A stretch of 63,973 nt of DNA, counting the filler, from Reticulomyxa filosa (Eukaryota; Protista; Foraminifera), in NCBI GenBank assembly GCA_000512085.1. It is 14 parts of 14 records of this genome, joined end to end, with 100 filler letters (N's around TTAATTAATTAA, not from the genome) between each part and the next. Parts side by side here need not be neighbours in the genome. Positions count along the whole stretch, not along the records: positions 1 to 7,593 come from ASPP01005373.1; positions 7,694 to 12,141 come from ASPP01022647.1; positions 12,242 to 16,763 come from ASPP01020148.1; 11 more parts are not named here. One strand, given 5' to 3'. Made by a program: the position numbers and the translations under genes. Below the pieces are notes generated by a model. The model worked only from the letters and a program-made list of their open reading frames with translations. It was not told the origin of the DNA and did not search any database. The first letter of the stretch is position 1. Each line of letters opens with the position of its first letter. This document shows positions 1-12,676 of the stretch, piece after piece.

Positions 1-44
1 AAAAAAAAAGAAAAAAAACAGCACACGATAGCGATGACGAAAGT

Positions 45-3000
45 ATGAGTGAAGAAGAAAATATGTGGGATAAATTGGAGGATATGCAGGAAATAAACAA
101 AGAAATCGAGGAAATAAAAGACGTGGAGCCACCTCGAAACCAAGAAAATGAAGACTTTGTCGTAGTTGAACAAGAACAGGAAGAGAAAAAAACAGAGGCA
201 GTGGTAGTGGAGGAAATTAAATTCCAGGTGACAGAAGTGTATGCAATATTGTGGTCCCATGAGGACTTGCTTTGTGGTTTTGTGGATGTATTATCGGTCG
301 TGTATGACCATTCAAAAAGAGACTTGGAAAATATGAATAACGTTTGGAAGGAGAAACTATCGTTACATGAACATGTAGCGAAAATACTCGCAATTGTGTT
401 GGACGTTGTGGAAAGGTCATTGGAAATTACATTAGTTGAAAACATGAAACGTAAAGTGGATCATTTGTCATCGATTTCACAAGCCTTTGAATACGTTGTG
501 CAGTGGTTGAACCAAGGATATCCCAACAAAGACTTGATAAAAGATTTGAATCGACGATGGGATTTGTTGAAGCTGTCAATGCTATGTATCACTGCTACCA
601 AGTATCAAACCAGAAATGGTGTACTCACTCGTTCGATTAAAGAGCGCTTTGCCAATTGTCAGTTTGACAATGTCGATTCCTTAAACGCATTATCGGCCCT
701 TGTTCAGAATTCATTGAATCAAGATCGCGTGGAAGGAAATGAAGTTAATGAGGTATTGCAATGGCTCGCTCAAAACTATGTTGGTGTATTTGGCTTAAAG
801 ACTGCCGCTAGTTATCATCACGAAATTGCACACACGATCTCTAATGACTTTGCCGAAAAGTTAATTCAATGGATTGGAGGAAGATCTGATACATTGCCAT
901 TCGCCCCAACTTCTTTCACAAAGATGGAGATCGGCTCACAATTGATTTCAATTATACGAAAAAAAGTTTGGAGCTTCTTCCTTTTTTTTTTTTTTGTGGG
1001 GGTTTAGTATAAACAAATAAATTATTTGTCTTTTTTTTAAAATAAAAAAAAAAAAAAAAAAAGGAACATCAAAATGTTCGTAATCTTTTGATGCAATATT
1101 TACAAGCATGTAACTTGAACAACGAATTTGCAGTGCTGTTAGTTCGAGTGCAAGAACACTTTTTACACTTCCGCGAAATGGTGCATCGCAAACGACTAGA
1201 ACAAGAAGATCGGCCCGATGTGCAAAAATTTACTCGATTATCAGAAACACTGAAAGAGAAAGTGAAAAATAGGAGTCTGTTGGATATACTGTTGATCATT
1301 GCGGATTGCAAAATGTGGACGTATTATCTGTCGCATTATATAAATCGAACCATGACCATTTCGTATGCGTATGGAGACGAAGGAATAAAATACTTTTGGC
1401 TGGAAGGCAAAGAAAAACGTACGCGCATGTATTTGTCTGCACAAGATTGTGCCAAAATTGGACAGCTGTACAGATGCGATCAAAATGGAATAACTGAAAT
1501 GGAGAGACAGATACGTCAAGGCTTAAAATATTACCTTATGGTTGAACTATGGAAGAGAAAAGGTTCCACTGCTGCTTTGCATTTGAATGATAAAAAATTC
1601 AAGAACTTGTTTGGATTCGCGGTAGGAATGAATAACAATCAGCAACAGAGTGGTCGTATCAAAAATATACCTTCCAATGATATCTTTCAATTATTGGAGC
1701 ATTGTGATAATCAAAGATTGGACAGTGCCTTCAAAGAAATGCACTCCGCTTTTACAAAGGCCTTCATTTCCAATCAAATTGATTGGCAAAACTTTGATCG
1801 AAAGCGCTTTATACATTTCGTTGCTGGTTAATACACAAACAAACTCTATTTTTAAAAAAAAGATTATTATTTCATGTTTGTTTGAATTAAATAATAATAA
1901 CAGGCATATTTACGGAATTATATTTGAAAATGACACAAACCATTTCGAGACTATAACGAAATTCACAAGAAATATCAGTAGACATTTCAATGATCATTTG
2001 CAGGGTACACAATCTACACGATGTCATGACCGAATAGATTTTATTCTCACAGTTTTGTATGGTGTTCTCATAAAATAAATTAGTCAAAATGCAAATGGGA
2101 CAAATATATGATAGATTGGCAATTGGTGATTCGGAGTGCTCACTATTCAAAAATCAAAATGGTAATGCAACATTAGAGCACGTGCAAATATATCGGTTGG
2201 CTTGGCATTTGATTGGAGTGGTCTTATCTTTGCCACAATCACCTTTGAGTATTTTATTCCACAACCCAATGGCCTATGCTAATCAATATCTGTTGGCAAT
2301 GCCGGAAGATCAGAGTGCCTCGTTACTTAGGGCGATGGCTGGATCTGGAGCCTGGTTATGTCCCAACAATCATCTGTACTTTGTAACCGATTGCACAGCA
2401 ACAAACGAAAGCGCAAAGTGTCCGACCTGTGGAGATGCTATTGGAAATGAAGCTGGCAAAGGATTTCACAACGCTGCGAAAGGGAACCGTCGAATCGGTG
2501 TAGTGCAAGATGATGGCACAATTTACCCTGATAAAAACGGTGCAACACAAGGAATGGAAGAATATCGGCCGGAACTAATGGCTCCACAAGGATACGTTAT
2601 ACTGGAGGGTGCTGTCGACGACAAATGCAGAAGATTCAATGAAACGTCTATTCGAATCGCACGATTGTTTGTCAATCTGATTTTGCTGATTCATCACACA
2701 AATGCTGAAAGATCCGATTGTTTACAGTTATGATTTCAAAAAAATTTTATTGTGTTGAAATAATTTAATTAATTAACAAAACAAACAACAAACAAAATCA
2801 CTAAAAATTAAAAGATTTACGAAATTGGGTAAAAGCAATACTGAAGTGATGAATAAACTGTTTAAGATTGTCCAACGCTATTTAGAAAAAATTGCAACAA
2901 TGATTGGAGAATCATTCGAAGGCACCCTATTGTTATTACACTACATGATCCATTGCATCTATATGAAATTCGAGACGCGTTTCCCCAATGGGTTTTTAGA

Positions 3001-5159
3001 TCTGTCGCTCCAAGGACGTCAAAATTTTGAAAAGTATTTACTTGAAGAGTGCATTGACCCAGTTATCCAAAATAAAGACGTTATGATTCGATTGGTGCGA
3101 GCACAAACTGTATCCCAAGAAGAGTGTCGATATTGGGGAAAGCGAGTGGAAGAAGATATGAAACCCGATAGTGACGAATTCAAACAATTCCGAGAAACTT
3201 ACCTCCCTAATGTATACCTGCCATATCGAATTGTCACACTCACCGAATTCCGACATTTCGTATTCCAAAGCCCTTCCAATGAAAAGAAATATCCAGTCAT
3301 TTGGGGTATATTAAAGACAATCTCTTCTGCCAGTGGGTTTTCGACATTTGCATTGCAATATTTACCAGCAATGATCCAATGGATGAAATTAGTCCATTCG
3401 CGGTTCAATTGTCGTTTGACGCAAGAAGAGGTGGAAGAACGACCACAAGAGTTTTCGGCAGAATATGCACTTCAAAAACAGTGGGGGGAGAAAACCAAAT
3501 TTGATGACACATGGAAAAGCTTTGTGCAAGGTTGGAACCATGTTGCTAGTCGCATCACCACCGACCACCAAAAATCCGGATCCCGAATCCGCGGATCTGG
3601 ACAAGAGCCAGCGGAGAATGAACAAAAAGAAGAGGAAAAGAAAGGAGATGATGAAAAGTATGAAAAGAGAAATAACAATAATACCCAAGTGCTTGATGTC
3701 GGCACTGACGAATATAAAAGATATTTAGTTCTTGCTGATGCCCTCAATCAATGTGAAAATATATCATTTCAGTGCATTAAAGCAAACAATCCAAATGATG
3801 AGCTGTCCGCCAAAGAGGTTCCATTGTGGATGGCGATTGATTGTGGAAGCACTGGACCGTTGGCAACTAGTAAAATGATTCGTTTGTTATTGGAACATTT
3901 GGTTACTGTCAACAATAATTGTTTATTCAGCTGTCATCAGTTCAGTATTTATTTATGTATATTTGTGTAATGATCTTATGTTTTAGATGGAATTTAAAAT
4001 TAAACGTTACAAATATCTAAGATTGAATGCTACTGAAGAAAATGCACTTGCAACACATACCTTGGGAGAAATTTTGCTAACTCATATTTCCAGTGAAAAG
4101 GATGTCGTTGGAATTGATGAGACTAAATTCTTACAGTTTGTATTCTTTTTTTTTTTTTAAGAGTATATATGCGTATGTAATGTTTGATTGATTTTGCATT
4201 TTAAAAAAAAAAAAGAGAAATACAAGAATGCACCAGCCAAAAGTTTGAATATGGGACAAATGTACCATTTGCTGTGAATTTGAGATTATTAGAAAGCCGA
4301 ATGAAAGACAATTACATTGTTGGAAGAAAAATAATCAAATTCACATTAAGTGAATTGATGTTTGAATTGGCAGGACAACATGATATTCGACAAGTAATTG
4401 TGCATATAACTGCAAAGTATAATGAAGTAAAAAATACTATTGCTAAACAAGAATATTTCCAACGTGTTGGGCAAGAACTTCTCAAGGATTTAAAATTAGA
4501 GATCGATCAACGTGCGGATATTGCAATTGGTGGAAATATTGCACAAAACACTGGAGGACAAATTGCAAATGCAAATTCAGTAATTGCTTTTAAAGTTGCA
4601 AAACAATGCATTAGAGCAAGTCTTGATTACATTGCGTCGACAAAAAGACCTTCCAGATAATAATTGTGCTGTTGGTGCCTACATGAAAGATATTTTGCAT
4701 TTACAACAAGCTGAATTCGAACCTTTTGTTCAAGTTCAAGAATTGCGTTTGGCTCATTGTGAGGACCTTTGGAAATATTTGGAGAGATTGCATTTGTATA
4801 CTGAAAATGTCTGGCACAAAATACCAAGAAAATTAATGAACTTGTATCAAACAAAAGTACCTGCTCCTTTGAAGCCTGTTTTGCAAAATTTTGTAGTTGA
4901 AAGTGATTTAAATTTAATGTGGGAATTGCTGATACAATGGAAGCAATTTTTAGAAACTAAATTGAGCCGAGAAACGTATCAAAAAGCATCTTCCGTTCCA
5001 CTCAAAGAGTATTTGGGAACGGCCATGAGTAATGAAAGATTAGAGGAACAAGTACAAAAATTACCAGATAATTTGTTCCTTATACATGCGGGAACTGGTT
5101 ATGAGATTTGTGCTCAAATGTTTCAAGAAAGAGGAATGCCATCAATGAATAATAACTAA
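45..5159 (+). CDS. RNF213-like: RNF213/mysterin-like E3 ubiquitin ligase, C-terminal part (E3 module, RZ zinc finger, CTD); probably 5'-truncated by contig start; multi-exon with apparent homopolymer frameshifts
   Basis: RZ finger C-x3-H-x6-C-x8-C-x2-C (CPNNHLYFVTDCTATNESAKCPTC, 2359-2430) preceded by LAMPED (RNF213 LPTMPED). Downstream blocks YPVIWGIL, LQYLPAMI, FVQGWN, LLEHLVTVNN, AYMKDIL and LAHCEDLWKYL are colinear with the animal RNF213 C-terminus as I recall it. Inferred GT-AG introns 966-1063, 1827-1903, 2057-2114, 2727-2814, 3940-4021, 4136-4215; frameshifts near 1923 and 4643. Confidence 0.85.
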
Positions 5160-5590
5160 AATAAAAACAAAGCAACAACGAAACAAGTTTTTAATTATAG
5201 GTCATAAAACGTGCAAAATGTAATAAGTTTAAAAAACTTTCTTTGTTTCTCGGTTATTTTACATCATTTGTTCACAATAATCAAATTCAATTATTCTCGA
5301 TAGGATATTTTGTTACAAATGATATATTTCAATAAAGTTGCAATTGCATTGAAAGATCAGTTACATTTTTAGAATTCATTTTTGAAAGAGCAAACCAATG
5401 TTAGTGCAATGATGAAAATTACAATTTCAAAAACAAAAAACACCAACCCAAAGCAACAAAAAAACCAAGTTTGTCAATCACCTTGCAAACAAAAAGAATT
5501 TTTTTGTTTTTTAATTGAAATTTTCGGGCGTTTGTTCTTCCAATTTGACAACACAAAATCAAAACAATGGATAGCCAATAACCAAAGCAA

Positions 5591-7480
5591 TCAAACTTTG
5601 AAATTAAGCTTCCTCACTAACTGCCATGACATCTGCCGTTCTTCATTAATAATTAGTGAATTGACTCGTTTTTCCTCGGCACGACAAGTGCGGTCTTTAC
5701 GTTTTCTCGAAATGTTGACATCATAGCCGCCCTGTGTTTTCTTATCAGTCATTTGCAGGGTGGTGTCATAACCATCAGAGTCAATCTCCATATTTTCTTC
5801 CCGCGCTTCATTGTTTTCGTCTTCATTACTTTCTTCTTCCTCCTCTTCTCTTGCATTGTACGATGCCATACGTGCATCTCGACTATCCTCATGTTTATAG
5901 CACTCTTCCTCATGAGAGCTATCACCTTTGGTATTTCTAGCTGGAGGACTTGTACTCATTGATGAATTCTTGCGCTTGGATGTGTCATTGGCACGTTCTC
6001 GCTGAGAGCGATTCACCACCACAGATACTTTCATCTATATCAAAAAAGCAAAGACAAAGTACATCGCGATTATTGTTGATTGAAAGGTTCACGAATGCTA
6101 TGACACACTTCTTTGTCACTTTGGTCATGAGCACCCTTTTGCTGCGATTTTGTTTGAGCGTTTTTGTTTTTTTCCAATTTTATTTTTTCTGTTTTTCCCA
6201 TTTGCGTTTTTTCCTTTTGTTTTGCCTTTGCTTTTGCTTTCGCTTTCGCTTTAGTTAGTTGTTTGTTTTCAGTGTTTGCGCTTGCACTACTTTCCCACGC
6301 CTGTTCATCTATATCCCCACTACTATCACTGTCAGTATCATTTCGATTTGCATTGGAGCGGAGACTTTTGTTAGGACGTGCCGTTTCAGCACGAACGGGG
6401 ACGTGTTTCGCACTGTTTTGATTTGTGCCGTTATGAAGCGCAAAAAGTGGAGCAGACGGATTGACAGAGCAGTGGACTTGGTGGTTTTGGTTGGATGCCG
6501 TTGATCAGTGGCATCATCTGCAGGATTGTCTTGAGCAAGATCATCCCCGGACAAAGTGTTACAACTAGACGAAGAAGATGGGCCAACTCCAGAGCTGTCC
6601 TCGCTTTGCGTGCGCTCTCTGTGTGCCGGGGCACTCAATGTATTGGGTCTTTTGCCCGTTCCACTTGTCCGTTCTTTTTTGCTTTGTCTTTATCTCTCTG
6701 CTTTTTTGTTCTTTCGTCTTTTTTCTCTTTCTCTTCATCTTCATCACTATCTTGATTATTATCGTCATCATTACCGTCATTGTTGTCATTGCCCCCTTCT
6801 TCTTCTTTTTCTTTTTCGTTGTCTTTGTTGTCAACTTTTTTTGGAACACTTCTGTGTGGGAAAATATATAAGGTCAGTGAGTGTGTAAATTGTGCAAGAG
6901 ATGCAAAAGAGTTGGGGGAAAAAAAAAACAAAACAAAAAACAAAGAAGAACACATAACATAAAAAAAGGAAGAAAAACCTATTGACAAGTGAGCTGTCAA
7001 AAGTGGTTCGTTTGGAGCCGCAAGGTTCGATCAAATCAATATCGCGACGAGGTTTATTAAAGGACAAACTACCTGCGTCCTGTTTCTTCCCTTTATTTTC
7101 TTTCTCTTTTTCTTTCTGTTTGTTCTCCAAAGTGTTGGAATATCTTCGCGTAAACAAACTCAACAAAGAGTTGCCTTTGTGGGTCACCGCTGCTTCTTTT
7201 CTTTTTCTCCCTTCTTTTGCTTGGTCTCCTCTCGAAGTAGATGACGAGAGAGTGAACGCGGCAAACAAGAAAACGAGTGAAAGGATTCGACCATGGCATT
7301 GGGAGAAACGTCGAGCGAACAATAATGAGCGACGCACTCTTCCCATGTCAAGTTCGCCTTGCACGATTCGTACGTCATCAACTTTGCATTCTTTGTACTG
7401 CTCAGCGACTTTTTATATCCCGCTTTGCTCAACAAGTGTCGAATCGTTTCCGATTTGCCCCAATCTATCCCAATCATATA
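5591..7480 (-). CDS. Hypothetical low-complexity (K/E/D/S-rich) protein, partial, several frame breaks
   Basis: Chain of minus-strand ORFs (7184-7477, 6831-7364, 6635-7000, 6309-6638, 5591-6034) with charged disordered composition and intron-like interruptions; no recognisable domain. Confidence 0.45.
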
Positions 7481-7534
7481 CTCTTTCTATTACATACTGT
7501 ACACGACCATATTATATACACAAAACAAATATAG

Positions 7535-7593
<59 letters not shown>

Positions 7594-7693
7594 NNNNNNN
7601 NNNNNNNNNNNNNNNNNNNNNNNNNNNNNNNNNNNNNTTAATTAATTAANNNNNNNNNNNNNNNNNNNNNNNNNNNNNNNNNNNNNNNNNNNN
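7594..7693. other. Artificial contig spacer N44-TTAATTAATTAA-N44 (stops in all six frames); repeated at 12142, 16764, 18711, 19999, 22271, 24821, 30325, 44588, 49227, 53798, 58558 and 62758
   Basis: An identical 12-mer flanked by N runs occurs 13 times. Confidence 0.98.
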
Positions 7694-10600
7694 TGTTGTT
7701 GTTGTTGTTGTTGCAATTGCTGCTGTTGCTGTTGTGACAGTGACGACTGCTTTTGCAAGTGCGGGATATCGACAACAGAATTGGCGTGGAGCTGAAAATC
7801 TTGCCAAGGGGGAGCGATAGGCATGAGAATGGGCTGTTGGATAAGATTGGTGGGGTAGGCGGGATGCGTAAAGGGAGAATACCGCGGATCGACGGGCATA
7901 GTTGGAAACGTATTGTACAAAGAGATGCCATTGGGGAAATTGGTGTTGGGAATATAAACGGAATGCCATGGGGTGTGATGAGGATGAGAATACATGGTGG
8001 TATTAGAAGCATACGAAGAGGAATCCACATGCATTGCTGGCATCGTTTTTCTTTTTTTTGATACCAATCGAGGCTTTTTAGGTTCGAATTGATTTGAACC
8101 GGAAAAAGATTTTTTTTTTGTGTGATATTTGTTCAATTCATTTCGTTTGATTAGCACACTTGCACTTTGATGAGCAACGGGATTGCTTTTATGTTGCTTT
8201 AATGTGAGCCGTTGCTGGCGTTGGATTTGCACGCTCTTGTCTTGCTTTGGCTCTTCGTCCATTCGTACCGGTCTCCAAATGCGTTTTATCACTTTGTTGT
8301 TATTCGGAGTGGTGGCGATTGTATGTAGTGTTTCCATTACTGTGGTTGTATTGCCCGTCATTATGCTGATTGAACTTTCCTCTTTTTCCTTTTGCTCTTC
8401 TTCGTCTTCTTGATTCCTTTGTTGCTGCAATTCGGATTTCGGAGGATTTGTTGGGGGTAGCATTATCTTTTTTTTCCGTCCAAACTTCATTACCAATGGT
8501 TCGTTTGGTGCATTTATCACACTTTGCAATTCTTCGCCAAACTTTCTCAATTCGCTTACATGTATTGCGTCCCTTTGGAAACTGTTGTACCATTCTTTTT
8601 TTTTTTTTTTTTAAAAAAAAATGTTGTTGTTGTTGTTTGTTTCTTTTGATCATGTTTATGTTTTCAAAAGTTAAAAAAATAAACTTTTGAAAGATGGCAG
8701 TGACATGTCTTTGGCATTGGTTCCACGTTGGTGGAATATATCCACACTTTGGAATGGTGTCATGTCGAATCAAGTCATTGGATAAAAATGACGAATGATG
8801 AAACTTACCATTGGCATTGACATTGACATTAACATTACCATTGATATTTGCATTAACAGGTTTATAGGGATTGAAACTCAAATTGGACCAGGACTTGGAG
8901 GCGGAATTGTTATTTACCAAAGCAGGTCTCGCTGACAATAAAGACGAGGACGTGTCAAGCAGTCCAAAACTGGATTTATGAATGGAATCTTTTTCGCACA
9001 AAAATTTAGTAACATATACCCGACAATAATGAACAATGCAAAAATATAAAAATAAACAAATGCAATCTTTCCCATACAACAACGACTCCTTGTTGTCATT
9101 GTCATCACTGAAAGGAAACTGGGGATTGACTACCAAAGGGTGCGTCGATGACAAATGGATATCTGTGTTCCATCGTGTGCTGATCTGAAGAAACACTTGT
9201 TGCAAAATGGTTCGACGTTCGTCGAGTAACATATCTGCCAATTGCGAATGCGAGACATGATAAAACGTCGATATTTTTTTAGTTTCGATTCGTTCTTTTA
9301 GCCAACGTAAATAATTCAAATAATGTTGGATTTCAAATGTGTTTGCGCCCATGTCCATATTATGTCCCTCCATTTTATTCTTATTCTTATTATTTTTATT
9401 TTTATTCTTAATATCTTTATTTTTATTCTTAATATCTTTATTTTTATTCTTATTCTTATTCTTGTTTTTGTGTTTATCTTTCTTTTTGTTTTTGCTTTTC
9501 TTATGTTTTTCTTTTTTATTGCCTTTTGTCGTCTTTTTCGTCCATCGCTTTTCATGTTCGTCTTCGTCCTCTTCGCTATCGTCGTCGTCGTCGTCGTCGT
9601 CGTCGTCATCGTCGTTGTCATCCTCATCGTTCTCGTCGTCGTCGTCGTCGTCGCGTTGTCGTTGTCGTCGTTTTCATCGTCCATTGTTCTGTCTCTCTCT
9701 CGTTGCACACTTGCGTCCATGCTCTCGTTCACATTCTGTAAATATTCCTTGAAGTCATTTTTTATCACAAATAAGTAGGGCTTTAGACCAGACAGCGACA
9801 ATTGCATGCTTTCCATGTTTTGTTTTTGTTTTTTTTTTTTTTACGTTTGTGTGTCCACTTGCTTTGCCAATGCAACACAAAACAAAAACATAAAACAAAA
9901 GACCTACTTACTTGATACCCAATTCGTCGAGCAAATAACGCCGAACAGTCAACAAGAACATGTACTGGACGTCATTGAACATGTAGACTTGATTGAGCAG
10001 AGCGCGTTTTTGAAGAGAGGAATGAGTGGAAGAAGAGGAGGAAGAGGAGGAGGAGGAGGAAGAGGATTGAGGGGGATAGAACTTGCCATTCGATTCGATT
10101 GCATTGCCGTTGCTATAGTAATAGTTTAAATATTCCATTGGCAAATTCTCTCGCAGCTCATACTCTTTGCGATCCGAGTATTCCAATATGTCATCTAAAC
10201 TCCACGTTTGGAACCACTCTTCAAATGCATTTCCTTTCTTTTATACATTTACACAGAATTACTTTTATTCACATATGTTTGCTATATGTAATTTCAACAC
10301 AATACACACACACACATACACTTATAACGTACTTGAAATGTAAGCTTTTGAAATTGAAAAGACTCCAAACGCAGCTTGATGACTTCAAACAACTCGAGCA
10401 ACACATTGCGGTCATCAATTTGCAACAGTACGCTTCCTGCAAACAATTGATTGTATGCATTTGATCTGCCTTCTGTCTTCATTGCTATCACACGTAGACC
10501 GATGTTATTTCCTCGGAAAAGTGGTTTCACCGTCCATTCAAACGATCCTTTCTGCTCTTCATTGCCTCGATGCCAATGGAACTGACTTTCGTTGTTTTTA

Positions 10601-10800
10601 TCCATTTCAATGTTCATCAGATTCGTCTCTTCGCTCATCTTCTTCCCCCTTTCTTCTTCCTCTATTTCCGTCGGGGGGCTCCACCCTGTCTCTCTTTTTC
10701 CACCCTTCTTCGATTGTCGTTGCTGAGGCAGCACAGAGGGTTTATTGTTCTTCACCATTTGCAAGGTCGAAACGGACATACACGGGACTGAGTTGCCCAT
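7694..10800 (-). CDS. Multi-exon hypothetical protein with N-terminal acylation motif, a PDZ-like domain and D/N/K/Q low-complexity tracts; 3'-truncated
   Basis: Starts MGNSVPC. The segment NNIGLRVIAMKTEG..LFAGSVLLQIDDRNV...FEVIKLRL...KLTF (about 10335-10530) resembles a PDZ domain. Co-oriented ORFs continue at 9908-10186, 9316-9816, 8300-9373 and 7642-8550, ending in poly-Q. Confidence 0.55.
9370..9670. repeat. Coding microsatellite-like tracts: TTATTC/TTATTT-type repeats (Lys-Asn on minus strand) and (GTC)n (poly-Asp on minus strand)
   Basis: Directly visible tandem repeats. Confidence 0.85.
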
Positions 10801-11169
10801 CTTATCTATCTATCTATCTATCTATATGTCTTTGTTTGTCCTGCAAACAAAGTACCTCTTAAATGAGATTTAAAAACAATATGAGGTAGCCTTTTTTATT
10901 TCGATTTTTCCCCTCTACTTTTTTTTGCTTTCGAGACAAGCATTTCCGCTTATCTCTGCTACTTGCTGTAGGATCCAGCTATTTCACAACATTTACATTT
11001 TTATGAGATAGCACTGAATCGTCCTTTTATTTGAGATAGAATCCTTGCACTTGCAATATTTTCCTACTTTTTTTTTTGCCAGAACTTGTTTCAAATTGGG
11101 TGAGTAGAAAAAGTTTCAGGGTCATTTGTAAAAAAACTACCCTCGCCATAACATACTGATACACAGCAA

Positions 11170-12141
11170 ATGTCTGTAAATGTGTTCATAAGATTCAAAG
11201 GTGAGAAAAGCTTAACGAAGGGCCTCTCTACAAAATCCAAACATCTTAGACCCAATTCACAGAGGAACTATGTCCGAGTTGACGACGAGTTTAATCTATA
11301 CTATACAAATGTATTACCGATAAAAGCAAAACAAGAAGACGTGTTCGACGCAGTGCAGCCACTGATATCTGACTTTTTTGATGGCAAAAATTGTTGCGTG
11401 ATTGCTCATGGTGCCCCTGCAAGTGGAAAAACATACACCAGTTTGGAATAATATACCAAACATAGGAGAAGGGAGACAAAAATAAAGACAAGACAAAGAC
11501 TACAAAACAACAACAAAAAAAAAAAAAAAAAAAAAAGTATTTGGAACAGGCGATGAACATACCCGAAAGAATGGAGTGATTCACTTGGGTTTGTTGCCTC
11601 GCTTCGTATCGAGTGTATTAGATCAGCTCTCTCAGTTGGAGCGACAAAACCACGGTGTATTTTCGTATTCAGTCGACTGCTCATTTGCTGAGCTTTACAA
11701 TGTTATTTGTCCATTCAAAAAACACATATTAACTATGTATTGTTTTGTAGTGCGTCACACTTCATATTGCATTTCAATGTACGTTGAATGAGTACGTAAA
11801 CAAAAGAGGTGAAAAAAAAAAAAAAAAAAAAAAAACGGATAAGGCAATTGACTTACTAAACCTAAAAAATCGAGACACGGTGACATTGCTTCCTCGTAAA
11901 AATGATGAAGGATACGAGTGGTATAATTTGACAAAGGTATCGATTCGACAAATTAGTGATTTGCTCAAGTACATGCACACGTCATTCAATAACCGTAAAT
12001 ACGTACTTCGATACAATGCCGAAGGAGTGCCCGACCCTCAGCAATTCCGAAAGGATTCCACCGTCGCACCGCATTGGGAAGCCAGTCGATCACACACGAT
12101 TTGCGTTTTACGTTTGTCCTTTCGAGTTATCCAATATACAA
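11170..12141 (+). CDS. Divergent kinesin motor-domain protein, 3'-truncated, multi-exon
   Basis: VNVFIRFK, QEDVFDAVQPLISDFFDGKNCCVIAHGAPASGKTYT (P-loop), GLLPR, SFAELYN, IDLL and ASRSH (switch I) in kinesin order. Confidence 0.85.
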
Positions 12142-12241
12142 NNNNNNNNNNNNNNNNNNNNNNNNNNNNNNNNNNNNNNNNNNNNTTAATTAATTAANNN
12201 NNNNNNNNNNNNNNNNNNNNNNNNNNNNNNNNNNNNNNNNN

Positions 12242-12676
12242 TTCTCTTTCTCTTTCTATTATTAATTCTTTTTCTTTTTCTTTTTCTTTTACTTTTACTT
12301 TTTTTATCTTCACTTTTGCTTTTTCATGGCTCCCCTTTTTTTTTTTATCCCTCTCTTTTTTTTCTTTTGGACCCCTTTTCTTCTTTTTTATTTTATCTTC
12401 ACTTTCTTTTACTCTCACTTTTGGAGCCGCTTCTTTTTCTTCTTCTTCTTCTTCTTTCTCTCTCTTCTTCGTCTCCCTATACGCTGATACCAACTTCAAC
12501 TTTGTCACTGGCGAAAACTCCCAGTCTTGACACAAATCGCGAATATCCTCCACTGTTGACTCCAACAACGTCGACAATGTTATGTGATGCTCGTTCAACT
12601 TTTCCAACACACTCGGCTCTGTTAGACCATTCGCATGTAACCAAGACACTAAATCTCTTGCATCGTTCTGTGCCAT
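12242..12676 (-). CDS. SAM-domain protein with K/E-rich tail, 3'-truncated
   Basis: LVSWLHANGL...EKLNEHHITLSTLLESTVEDIRDL......PVTKLKLVSA fits the sterile-alpha-motif pattern. Confidence 0.7.

Noticed and set aside
4640-4660. Programmed +1 ribosomal frameshift (Euplotes-like AAA-TAA)
   Set aside because: The context is AAA AGA CCT TCC AGA TAA, shifts elsewhere go in both directions, and a homopolymer error is simpler.
7594-7693. Recurrent palindromic TTAATTAATTAA as a biological repeat or CRISPR-like array
   Set aside because: Always centred in N runs of fixed length; it is a standard six-frame-stop assembly linker.
9323-9778. Plus-strand hydrophobic ORFs (poly-V/F/I) as membrane proteins
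   Set aside because: They are antisense shadows of D/K/N repeats in the minus-strand gene; the same applies to many short ORFs at 5700-7300 and 30900-31500.
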